In this document: piece by piece, positions 1 to 8,227 of the stretch
Layout of the letters: each line of letters begins with the position of its first letter
How positions within the stretch are numbered: the stretch's first letter is position 1
Position numbers and translations under genes: made by a program
Assembly: GCA_038231275.1 (NCBI GenBank)
Contig: JBBRLQ010000015.1
Coordinates: 128,001-192,000, forward strand
DNA length: 64,000 nucleotides
Origin: Polyangiales bacterium
GTDB taxonomy: Bacteria > Myxococcota_A > Polyangia > Polyangiales > Polyangiaceae
Reading direction: 5' to 3'
Notes under the pieces: generated by a model
Database searches by the model: none
Seen by the model: only the letters and a program-made list of their open reading frames with translations
What the model was told of the DNA's origin: nothing

Positions 1-321
1 GATCGCGCGGAGACCTACCTCCGCAAGACGACGAAGGCCCAACCCTTGCTGGAGGGTCTCGCGTACGCCGAGGTCCAGGCGCGGATGGAGCCTCACGCGT
101 CGTGCGATGCCTCCGATTCGCGCGCCTCTGCGCTCGCGTCTCTCCGCGACGAGGTCGCGCTCGCCGCGACCCTCGTAACCAACGCCACTCACCTCGAGCG
201 CGTCTTGCGCACGATCCCCCGAACGCATTCGCCTCGAACCCCCGAAAGGAAGTCACGTCATGGCCATCATCATGCAGACGAACGTTGCGTCTCTCCAAGC
301 GCAGCAGAACCTGACCCGTAA
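1..321 (+). CDS. 3' end of an upstream hypothetical gene (partial; function unknown)
   Basis: Frame 1 is open from base 1 to 321 (DRAETYLRKTTKAQPLLEGLAYAEVQARM...). It overlaps the start of flagellin 1. Confidence 0.4.
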   Translation, partial: DRAETYLRKTTKAQPLLEGLAYAEVQARMEPHASCDASDSRASALASLRDEVALAATLVTNATHLERVLRTIPRTHSPRTPERKSRHGHHHADERCVSPSAAEPDP

Positions 322-1087
322 CCAAGGCGCGCTCGCCATGAGCTTCAACAAGCTCTCGAGCGGCTTCCGTATCAACACCGCCGCGGACGACGCCGCGGGT
401 CTCGCCATCAGCGAGAGCATGAAGGCGCAGATTCGCTCGTACTCGGTCGCCGAGCGCAACGCGAACGACGCGATCTCGATGGCGCAGACGGCGGAAGGCG
501 CGCTCGGCGAGGTCTCCGGCATCGTGACCCGCATGCGCGAGCTCGCCATGCAAGGCGCGAACGGCTCGCTCCAGACGAGCGACCGCTCCTACCTCGACAC
601 CGAGTTCCAGTCCCTCAAGGCGGAAATTTCGCGCATCCAGGGGTCCACGACGTTCAACGGCGTGAACCTCCTCCAGCAGACGGCGGCGGCGGTCGACTTC
701 CAGGTCGGCATCAATACCGCGGCGAACAACCGCATCTCGATCACCTTCGGCGGCGTGGACCTCACCGCGCTCCTCACGGCGACGAACACGCTCGCCGGGA
801 CCGCCGGCAACTCGCGCGGCCTCTTGACCACGCTCGACAACTCGATCCGCACGATCTCCACCGGACGCGCGCGCTTCGGCGCTGCGATGAACCGCCTCCA
901 GATCACGACGAGCAACCTCGAGACGATCCGCACCAACACCTCCGCCGCCAACTCGCGCATCCGCGACGTCGACGTCGCCGAGGAGACCTCGATGATGGCG
1001 CGCAACCAGGTGCTCGCGCAGGCCGGCTCCGCCGTTCTCGCGCAAGCGAATCAGCTGCCGCAAATCGCACTCGGTCTGCTCAAGTAG
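260..1087 (+). CDS. fliC: Flagellin 1 (275 aa, D0/D1 only)
   Basis: Motifs KLSSGFRINTAADDAAGLAISE, NANDAISMAQTAEGAL and SRIRDVDVAEE...LAQANQ; AAAGGAAG RBS. Confidence 0.97.
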   Translation: MAIIMQTNVASLQAQQNLTRNQGALAMSFNKLSSGFRINTAADDAAGLAISESMKAQIRSYSVAERNANDAISMAQTAEGALGEVSGIVTRMRELAMQGANGSLQTSDRSYLDTEFQSLKAEISRIQGSTTFNGVNLLQQTAAAVDFQVGINTAANNRISITFGGVDLTALLTATNTLAGTAGNSRGLLTTLDNSIRTISTGRARFGAAMNRLQITTSNLETIRTNTSAANSRIRDVDVAEETSMMARNQVLAQAGSAVLAQANQLPQIALGLLK

Positions 1088-1105
1088 TCTGACGGACCTC
1101 CGTTC
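1080..1105 (+). promoter_or_regulatory. Sigma28(FliA)-like promoter for flagellin 2
   Basis: TCAAG(1080-1084)-N15-CCGTTC(1100-1105). Same motif and spacing as before flagellins 3 and 4. Confidence 0.7.
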
Positions 1106-1182
1106 AGGAGAGATGCAGCGGCCGAAAGGCTGCCGCCGGGCGCAAGACGCACCCGTAACCATCTCCAAGAAGGAGGCTCACC

Positions 1183-2010
1183 ATGGCTCTCGTCGTTCAG
1201 ACCAACGTAGCGTCGCTCCAGGCCCAGAAGAATCTCGCCACCACGCAGAAGATGCTCGCGAGCAGCTTTACCAAGCTGTCGAGTGGCTACCGCATCAACA
1301 CCGCCGCGGACGACGCGGCCGGCCTCGCCATCAGCGAGAGCATGAAGATGCAGATCCGTTCGTTCGGCGTCGCCGAGCGCAACGCCAACGACGCCATCAG
1401 CATGGCGCAGACGGCGGAAGGCAGCTTGGGCGAGGTCAGCGGCATCCTCGGCCGCATGCGCGAGCTCGCGATGCAAGGAGCCAACGGCTCGCTCCAGACG
1501 AGCGACCGCGGCTACCTCGACACCGAGTTCCAGTCGCTCAAGAGCGAGATCACGCGCATCCAGGGCTCGACCACGTTCAACAACCAGCAGCTGCTGCAGA
1601 CGGCCGCGTCGACGGTCGCGTTCCAGATCGGTATCAACACCGGCTCGAACAACCAAATCTCGATCACCTTCGGCAACCTGAACCTCGCGGCGCTCCTGAC
1701 CACGACGAACAAGGTCGCGGGCACCGCCGGCAACTCGCAGAGCGCGATCAACCAGATCGACGCCGCGTTGAAGACGATCTCGACGACCCGCGCCGTGTTC
1801 GGCGCCGCGATGAACCGTCTGGCGATCACCACCTCGAACCTCCAGACCATCAGCACGAACACGTCGGCCGCGAACTCGCGCATCCGTGACGTGGACGTCG
1901 CCGAGGAGACCTCGGCGATGAGCCGCGAGCAAGTCCTCGCACAGGCAGGCGCTTCGGTGCTCGCGCAAGCGAACCAGGCACCGCAGCTCGCGCTGTCGCT
2001 GCTCCGGTAG
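1183..2010 (+). CDS. fliC: Flagellin 2 (275 aa)
   Basis: Flagellin N- and C-terminal motifs; AAGGAGG RBS. Confidence 0.97.
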   Translation: MALVVQTNVASLQAQKNLATTQKMLASSFTKLSSGYRINTAADDAAGLAISESMKMQIRSFGVAERNANDAISMAQTAEGSLGEVSGILGRMRELAMQGANGSLQTSDRGYLDTEFQSLKSEITRIQGSTTFNNQQLLQTAASTVAFQIGINTGSNNQISITFGNLNLAALLTTTNKVAGTAGNSQSAINQIDAALKTISTTRAVFGAAMNRLAITTSNLQTISTNTSAANSRIRDVDVAEETSAMSREQVLAQAGASVLAQANQAPQLALSLLR

Positions 2011-2044
2011 CCGACGCCGACGAGAGGTCGGCCCACGAACGTAT

Positions 2045-2078
2045 GAAACGCGCGACCGCACCCACGGTCGCGCGTTTC
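2045..2078 (+). terminator. Stem-loop after flagellin 2
   Basis: Perfect 14-bp inverted repeat GAAACGCGCGACCG / CGGTCGCGCGTTTC. Confidence 0.65.
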
Positions 2079-2098
2079 GACGTTTAAGGCGGAAAGTT

Positions 2099-2124
2099 TC
2101 AAGGTTTTCCCACCGACACCGTTC
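2099..2124 (+). promoter_or_regulatory. Sigma28-like promoter for flagellin 3
   Basis: TCAAG(2099-2103)-N15-CCGTTC(2119-2124). Confidence 0.75.
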
Positions 2125-2203
2125 GGTCTCAATACGAGCCACGCGGCTCGCGCGGGAGCAAGGCTGCTCCCGCATTCGATTCACCTCATGGAGGAGGTCC
2201 ATC

Positions 2204-3031
2204 ATGTCCATCGTCGTCCAGACCAACGTTGCGTCGCTTCAGGCCCAGAAGAATCTCTCGATGAACCAGAAGGCGCTCGCCGCGAGCTTCAACAAGCTCT
2301 CCAGCGGGTACCGCATCAACAGTGCATCCGACGACGCGGCTGGTCTCGCGATCAGCGAGTCGATGAAGATGCAGATCCGGTCGTTCTCCGTCGCCGAGCG
2401 CAACGCCAACGACGCCATCAGCATGGCGCAGACGGCGGAAGGCAGCCTCGGCGAGGTGAGCGGCATCCTCGGCCGCATGCGCGAGCTCGCAATGCAGGGC
2501 AGCAACGGCAGCCTCCAGACGGGCGATCGCGGCTACCTGAACACCGAGTTCCAGTCCATGAAGTCGGAAATTTCGCGCATCCAGAACTCGACCTCGTTCA
2601 ACAACATCGCTCTCCTCAAGACCGCCGCCTCGACGGTCGCGTTCCAGGTCGGCATCAACACGGGTGCGAACAACCAGATCTCGATCACCTTTGGCAACAT
2701 CAACCTGGCGGCGCTCCTCACCACGACGAACCAGGTCGGCGGCACCGCCGGCAACTCGTCCTCGGCGCTCACCGCCATCGACAACGCGCTGAAGACGGTC
2801 TCCACCTCGCGCGCGACGTTCGGCGCGGCGATGAACCGCCTCTCGGTCACGACCTCGAACCTCCAGACCGTCAGCACCAACATCTCGGCCGCCAACTCGC
2901 GCATCCGCGACGTCGACGTCGCCGAGGAGACCGCCTCGATGTCCCGCGAGCAGGTGCTTGCCCAGGCCGGCGCGTCGGTCTTGGCGCAGGCGAACCAGTC
3001 CCCGCAGTTCGCGCTGACGCTCCTCCGATAA
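2204..3031 (+). CDS. fliC: Flagellin 3 (275 aa)
   Basis: Flagellin motifs; GGAGGAGG RBS. Confidence 0.97.
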   Translation: MSIVVQTNVASLQAQKNLSMNQKALAASFNKLSSGYRINSASDDAAGLAISESMKMQIRSFSVAERNANDAISMAQTAEGSLGEVSGILGRMRELAMQGSNGSLQTGDRGYLNTEFQSMKSEISRIQNSTSFNNIALLKTAASTVAFQVGINTGANNQISITFGNINLAALLTTTNQVGGTAGNSSSALTAIDNALKTVSTSRATFGAAMNRLSVTTSNLQTVSTNISAANSRIRDVDVAEETASMSREQVLAQAGASVLAQANQSPQFALTLLR

Positions 3032-3053
3032 TCGCTCTTCTCGTCTCGCTTCG

Positions 3054-3096
3054 AGCGCGCGCCTGTCCCTCGTGGAACGGCGCGCGTTTTCCTTTT
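3054..3096 (+). terminator. Intrinsic terminator after flagellin 3
   Basis: AGCGCGCGCC...GGCGCGCGTT stem followed by a T-rich tract (TTCCTTTT). Confidence 0.65.
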
Positions 3097-3160
3097 GTCC
3101 ACCCGCAACGGCGGCGCAAGAACGGAGACGCCGGATCGCTCGGGTTCTTAAGCGCCGCGT

Positions 3161-3186
3161 TCAAGGATTTTTCGTCGCCTCCGTTC
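3161..3186 (+). promoter_or_regulatory. Sigma28-like promoter for flagellin 4
   Basis: TCAAG(3161-3165)-N15-CCGTTC(3181-3186). Confidence 0.75.
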
Positions 3187-3266
3187 ATCTGGGCTACGGG
3201 CCCCACGGGCCTGGCGCGGGCGCAGGGCTGCTCCCGTGAAACGGAACTCATGGAGGAGGCTCACTC

Positions 3267-4095
3267 ATGTCCATCGTCGTCCAAACCAACGTCGCGTCGC
3301 TCCAGGCACAGAAGAACCTCTCCACGAACCAAAAGGCGCTCGCGGCCAGCTTCAACAAGCTGTCCAGCGGCTACCGCATCAACAGCGCGTCCGACGACGC
3401 CGCCGGGCTCGCCATCAGCGAGTCGATGAAGATGCAGATCCGCTCGTTCGGCGTCGCCGAGCGCAACGCCAACGACGCCATCAGCATGGCGCAGACGGCG
3501 GAAGGCAGCTTGGGCGAGGTCAGCGGCATCCTCGGCCGCATGCGCGAGCTCGCGATGCAGGGCAGCAACGGCAGCCTCCAGACGAGCGACCGCGGCTACC
3601 TCGACACCGAGTTCCAGCAGATGAAGTCGGAAATTCAGCGGATCCAGGGGTCGACCACGTTCAACAACGTGAAGATCCTCCAGACCGCGGCGTCGACGCT
3701 CAACTTCCAGGTCGGCATCAACACCGGTGCGAACAACCAGATCTCGATCACGTTCGGCAACATCGACCTCGGGGGGCTCCTCACCACGACGAACAAGGTG
3801 AGCGGCACCGCCGGCAACTCGTCGTCGGCCCTCACCGCCATCGACAACGCGCTGAAGACGGTCTCCACCTCGCGAGCGACGTTCGGCGCCGCGATGAACC
3901 GCCTACAGGTCACCACCAGTAACCTGCAGACCGTCAGCACGAACATCTCGGCCGCGAACTCGCGCATTCGTTGACGTCGACGTCGCCGAGGAGACCGCCT
4001 CGATGTCCCGCGAGCAGGTCCTCGCGCAGGCGGGCGCGTCGGTGCTGGCGCAGGCGAACCAATCACCTCAATTCGCCCTAACGCTTCTCCGATAA
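3267..4095 (+). pseudogene. fliC: Flagellin 4 with a +1 frameshift (or a sequencing error) at ~3971
   Basis: The ORF stops at CGT-TGA (3974). The C-terminus [40 protein letters not shown] continues in the +1 frame to TAA at 4093-4095. Total length is 829 nt versus 828 nt for the paralogues. Confidence 0.9.
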
Positions 4096-4102
4096 GCGTC
4101 GT

Positions 4103-4128
4103 TCAACCTAAGCAGACGCGTGCCGACC
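4103..4128 (+). promoter_or_regulatory. Sigma28-like promoter for fliD operon
   Basis: TCAAC(4103-4107)-N15-CCGACC(4123-4128). The -10 reads GCCGAC, close to canonical GCCGATAA. Confidence 0.55.
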
Positions 4129-4171
4129 GGCGGTTCGGGCGGCACGCGGATTGCTGATCTGAAGAGCACAC

Positions 4172-5530
4172 ATGTCCTCCGTCACTTCCCCCACCATCAC
4201 CTTCGGCGGAGTCGGCTCCGGCATCGACGTCGAGGGGATCATCACGGGGTTGGTCAACGCCAACAAGGCGACGCTCAACTCGCTCAATTCTCGCTCCCAA
4301 GGCTTCAAAAGCGCCGCCTCGACCCTGTCGGGCGTCGGCACCACGCTGTCGAACCTGAAGGCTGCGGCGGACGCGCTGAAGGGCCTGCAGGACGTCGCCA
4401 GCTTCACCGCCACCTCGAGCAATACGGCCGCGATCGTCGCGACGGCCGCGGGCAACGCGCAGCCCGGCAACTACGCGATTCAAGTGAACAGCCTCGCGGT
4501 GGAGCAGCGCACCTACAGCGCCGCCTTTGCATCGAACAGCGATGCGCTCGGGCAGTCCGGCCCCTTGACGATCAACGTCGGCGCCTCTTCCGTGCAAATC
4601 GCCGTCAACGGCTCCGATTCGCTGGCGAGCATCGCCACCAAGATCAACGGCGCCGGTCTGCGTGTCGCCGCGTCCGTCTTCTACGACGGCGCGAAGTACC
4701 GGTTGCAGGTGCGCGGCCTTGACACAGGGGCCGCCAACGCCGTGACGTTCAACGAGACGGGCACTGCGCTCGACCTCAACGGCGACGGCTCGGTGCCCGA
4801 CGGCGGCAAGACCGTCCAGACCGCGAGCGACGCGTCGGTGACCGTCGACGGCTTCACGGTGACGCGCCCGACCAACCAGATCGTGGGGCTGATCCCTGGC
4901 GTGACCATCGCCGTGGCCCAAAAGACCACGTCGCCGGTCAGCGTCGCCATCGCCTCCGATCCGAACGCGCTGGCGGCGAAGATCAACGCCGTCGTCGGCG
5001 CCTACAACGCCGCCGTGAACCAGGTCCACAACATCGCCGGCTACGGGAGCAACAAGCCGCAGGTCGCGCAGCTCGCGGGGGACTCGGCGCTTCGGACGAT
5101 CACGAACAACCTGTCGCAGACGATGGCGCAGGCGCAGCTCGGACAAGGCACGATCGCGACGTTGTCGCAGCTCGGTCTCCAGCAGACGCGCGACGGCACG
5201 CTCCAGTTCGACAGCTCGAAGCTGGCGGCGGCGCTCACGCAGGATCCGACGAGCGTGGAGAAGCTCCTCGGGCGCGCGTCGGGGGCGACGACGGGCGGCG
5301 CGATGGCGAACCTCAGCGATCTCGTGAAGAACATCACCGACTCGGTGAGCGGCGTGCTCACGCTGCGGTCGAAGGCGCTGACCGATCAGGCGAAGAAGCT
5401 CGACGCACAGGCCGTCGCAGAGCAGACGCGCCTCGACGACTACACCAGGAAGCTCCGCACACAGTTCAGCGCGATGGATACCGCAGTCGCCGCGAATCAC
5501 GCGCTCTTGACCCAGCTCTCGAGGATCTGA
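4172..5530 (+). CDS. fliD: Flagellar filament cap protein
   Basis: N-terminal ITFGGVGSGIDVEGIITGLV, internal RPTNQIVGLIPGVTI and C-terminal LRTQFSAMDT; located after the flagellins. Confidence 0.93.
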   Translation: MSSVTSPTITFGGVGSGIDVEGIITGLVNANKATLNSLNSRSQGFKSAASTLSGVGTTLSNLKAAADALKGLQDVASFTATSSNTAAIVATAAGNAQPGNYAIQVNSLAVEQRTYSAAFASNSDALGQSGPLTINVGASSVQIAVNGSDSLASIATKINGAGLRVAASVFYDGAKYRLQVRGLDTGAANAVTFNETGTALDLNGDGSVPDGGKTVQTASDASVTVDGFTVTRPTNQIVGLIPGVTIAVAQKTTSPVSVAIASDPNALAAKINAVVGAYNAAVNQVHNIAGYGSNKPQVAQLAGDSALRTITNNLSQTMAQAQLGQGTIATLSQLGLQQTRDGTLQFDSSKLAAALTQDPTSVEKLLGRASGATTGGAMANLSDLVKNITDSVSGVLTLRSKALTDQAKKLDAQAVAEQTRLDDYTRKLRTQFSAMDTAVAANHALLTQLSRI

Positions 5531-5534
5531 TCCG

Positions 5535-5912
5535 ATGCTCAAGACCTCGCAGCGCTACCAGACCGTCCAGATCACCACCGCCAGCCCGGGGGAGCTGCTC
5601 GTCACGGTGTTCGACGGGCTCCTGCGCTTCTTGAACGTGGCGCGCATGGGCCTCGCGAACGGGAAACGCGCGCAGGCGGGCGAGGCGATCGGCAAGGCGC
5701 ACGCGATCCTGACCGAGCTGACGGTGTCGCTCGATCACCAGCACGCGCCGGCGCTCTGCGCGAACCTGACGGCGCTCTACGAGTTCAGCATGGGGCGCCT
5801 GACGCAGGCGAACCTCAAGAGCGATCCGACGAAGATCGACGAGATCATCCGAGTGCTCTCACCGATCCGCGAGGCGTTCACCACGGTGGTCCGCAACGGG
5901 GCCGGCAAGTGA
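5535..5912 (+). CDS. fliS: Flagellin export chaperone
   Basis: YQTVQITTASPGELLVTVFDG, KAHAILTELTVSLD and NLTALYEF motifs. Confidence 0.95.
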   Translation: MLKTSQRYQTVQITTASPGELLVTVFDGLLRFLNVARMGLANGKRAQAGEAIGKAHAILTELTVSLDHQHAPALCANLTALYEFSMGRLTQANLKSDPTKIDEIIRVLSPIREAFTTVVRNGAGK

Positions 5913-7204
5913 AGGACGCGCCCGAGTACGTCGACGCGGCGTCGCGAGGGCGTTCGGTCGCAAGAGTCGGCGGGCGGAAGGTCGAGATCGACATCGGTCG
6001 CGTTCGTTCGTATCCGGGTCTGGCGGGCGAGGCGCCGGACACACGCGCATACTACGCACTCGCCACCGAAAAGCTCTCTGGCGCGGCGCGCGTTCTGGAC
6101 GTGGGGACGGGCAGCGGCGCGGGCGCGCTCGTGTTGAAGGCGGCGTTCGCCGAGGTCGTCGCGATCGACGAGGCGCGCGAGGCTGTGGCCTTCGCGCGGG
6201 CGCACGCCGGCGGAGTCATGGTGGTTCACGCGGACGGCGCCGCGGCGCCCGCGAGCGTCACGGCGGACGCGGCGGTGCTCGTCGACGTCCTCGGACACGC
6301 GCGAGATCCCCGCGCGCTCCTTCGCGCCGTTCACGCGCGGCTTCGTCCTGGCGGTCGCGTCGTCGTGGCCGAGGCGCGCGCCTATCCGACCCAGGCGCTG
6401 CGGGCGCCGGCGCGTCGCGCGTTCTCGTCGCGCGCGCTCGCGTCGTTGCTCGAAGCGATGGGCTTCGACGTCGACGAAGAGATCGGCGGGCCCGGCCCGT
6501 TCGTGGCGTTCGTGGCGCACGCGGCGGCCGGGAACGATCCCGACGCGATCGTGCGCGCGGCCTGCAAATTCGGCGAGGGGGACGTCGACGGCGCCCTCCG
6601 CCTATTGGATGAAGCTGCCGCGACCGCGCGCGTCGCCGTTCGAATGGACGCGCTCGTCACGCTCGGGGACGTTCGAATGGCGCTCGGCGACGGCGACGGC
6701 GCGGCGAAGGCGCTCCTCGCCGCGCGCGCCGTCGATCCGAAGGATCCGCGGCCGGTGGCCGGCCTCGCGCGCTTGACGTTGGCGATGGGCGATCGCGTGG
6801 AGGCGGCGGCGCTCGCGCGAATCGCGACCTCGCTCGATCCGGCGTGCTCCGCGGCGGCGTGCGCGCTCGCGATGACCATCGGGGCGCCGGGCGACAAGGA
6901 CAACGCGGCCCTCCGCATCGCCGCGGCGCTGTCGCCCGACGACGAGGCAGTCGCGATGGCGTTCGCGGAGTCTTCGCGCGGTGCGGGCGCGCGCAAGGCT
7001 GCCGTCTTCGCCCTCGAGCGCGCGCGACGCTACGGCGATCCGCTGCCCGTCACGTTCCACGTGCTGCTCGCCGATCTCCTCCTCGAAGAATGCCGCCGCG
7101 AGGACGCCATCCTCGAAGCGCGCCTCGCCGAGGCGGTCTCCCCCGGAGCTCCCGAAGTGGCCGCGCTCTGGAGCCGCGTCCACGGCGGCGCCGCCAGGGC
7201 GTAG
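5909..7204 (+). CDS. Class I SAM-dependent methyltransferase with C-terminal TPR-like repeats
   Basis: VLDVGTGSGAG motif I; Ala-rich helical repeats (AVDPKDPRPVAGLARL, ALSPDDEAV). GTGA overlap with the fliS stop. Confidence 0.75.
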   Translation: MKDAPEYVDAASRGRSVARVGGRKVEIDIGRVRSYPGLAGEAPDTRAYYALATEKLSGAARVLDVGTGSGAGALVLKAAFAEVVAIDEAREAVAFARAHAGGVMVVHADGAAAPASVTADAAVLVDVLGHARDPRALLRAVHARLRPGGRVVVAEARAYPTQALRAPARRAFSSRALASLLEAMGFDVDEEIGGPGPFVAFVAHAAAGNDPDAIVRAACKFGEGDVDGALRLLDEAAATARVAVRMDALVTLGDVRMALGDGDGAAKALLAARAVDPKDPRPVAGLARLTLAMGDRVEAAALARIATSLDPACSAAACALAMTIGAPGDKDNAALRIAAALSPDDEAVAMAFAESSRGAGARKAAVFALERARRYGDPLPVTFHVLLADLLLEECRREDAILEARLAEAVSPGAPEVAALWSRVHGGAARA

Positions 7205-7253
7205 AACGCACGCGCCCCACCGGCCGGGCTCGGCTGCGTGCTACGCTTTTCAG

Positions 7254-7596
7254 GTGCACTCCGGAGAATTCTCCGATGAAGACTTCTTCCGTGCCCTCGC
7301 CGGAAGCGGCGCGCGCGCGCTCATCGGACGTCGCGCGTTGATTTTGCTCGGCGCGCCCGTGATGACCGCCGACTACGATGCGGAGAGCGCATCGACGTGA
7401 TGGTTGCGCGCGCGGCGACCGCACCCGGCGGCGAGACCCTCGACTTCGAGACAGCGTGGGCGCGGACTACGTCGCGTGGTTTCTTCGCAGGTATCCGACG
7501 CCGCTCGCTCGCCTCGCCTACGCGCGGCGCAAGTACGAGGAAGCGATGCGCACGCAGCGCTACGCGTGCGCCGCCTTGACCCACGAGTCCAAGTAG
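7254..7596 (+). pseudogene. Collapsed remnant of a nucleotidyltransferase-fold gene and its small partner gene
   Basis: Three protein-like fragments lie in different frames: HSGEFSDEDFFRALAGSGARALIGRRALILLGAPVMTADYD, ERIDVMVARAATAPGGETLDFETAWAR and YVAWFLRRYPTPLARLAYARRKYEE. Confidence 0.5.
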
Positions 7597-8177
7597 CTCC
7601 GCGGGTGCCTCTCCCGCCCGACGTGCCGGTAGCCCTCCGGCATCGCTCCGCCGAAGCCGTGGTACGTGACGACGCGCGCCCCGACCCGTGCCCGCGCGAG
7701 GAGGTGCTCCGCGCGGTTCACGTCGAGGACGAAGCGCTGGCGTGACAGCGGCACGGACTGGTCGAGCTGTTCGTCGGCGGTCCAGTTGTTCTCCTCGAAC
7801 GGGTTGAAGAAGTAGAACGCGTCGTACTCCTCCGGGTCCACGTCCTCGAGGCCGCCGTGCTCGAATCGGACACGTGTCACCCCGGCGCGCTCCGCCGCCG
7901 CGCGCGCGATGTCCACGAAGCGCGCGCGGTGCTCGAGGCCGACGATCTCCGTGCCGGTCACCGCCGCTGCGATGATGCAAAACTTCCCGATGCCCGCGCC
8001 GACGTCGAGGATGCGCGTCGTCCCACCGACGGCGAGCAGCGCGGCGGCGCGCGTCGCGACCGAGACCGGCGTCCAATACACCGCCCCGGCGGCGCGAACG
8101 TCCGCGGGGTAGAGCGCGTCGAAGTCGGCGTCGTCGACGTCGCCTCCGCTCCGCAACGTCTCCGCGATCGACGCCAT
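7560..8177 (-). CDS. SAM-dependent methyltransferase
   Basis: YWTPVSVATRAA, ILDVGAGIGKFC and YFFNPF motifs; start taken at MASIAETL. Confidence 0.85.
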   Translation of the reverse strand: MASIAETLRSGGDVDDADFDALYPADVRAAGAVYWTPVSVATRAAALLAVGGTTRILDVGAGIGKFCIIAAAVTGTEIVGLEHRARFVDIARAAAERAGVTRVRFEHGGLEDVDPEEYDAFYFFNPFEENNWTADEQLDQSVPLSRQRFVLDVNRAEHLLARARVGARVVTYHGFGGAMPEGYRHVGRERHPRSYLDSWVKAAHA

Positions 8178-8227
8178 CGTCACCCGCGAAGCGTAGAGCG
8201 CCTTCTTCCGTGTGTCGCGCGCGAAGC

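Noticed and set aside
1111..1160. GAAA-tetraloop hairpin before flagellin 2 as a c-di-GMP-I riboswitch
   Set aside because: It lacks the GCAAAC/GACGCAAAGC core and the second long stem, and the GAAA loop is not kept in the paralogous leaders.
3966..3976. CGT-TGA-C resembles the prfB programmed +1 frameshift site (CTT-TGA-C)
   Set aside because: tRNA-Arg cannot re-pair on GTT and there is no internal SD just upstream. A simple indel is more likely.
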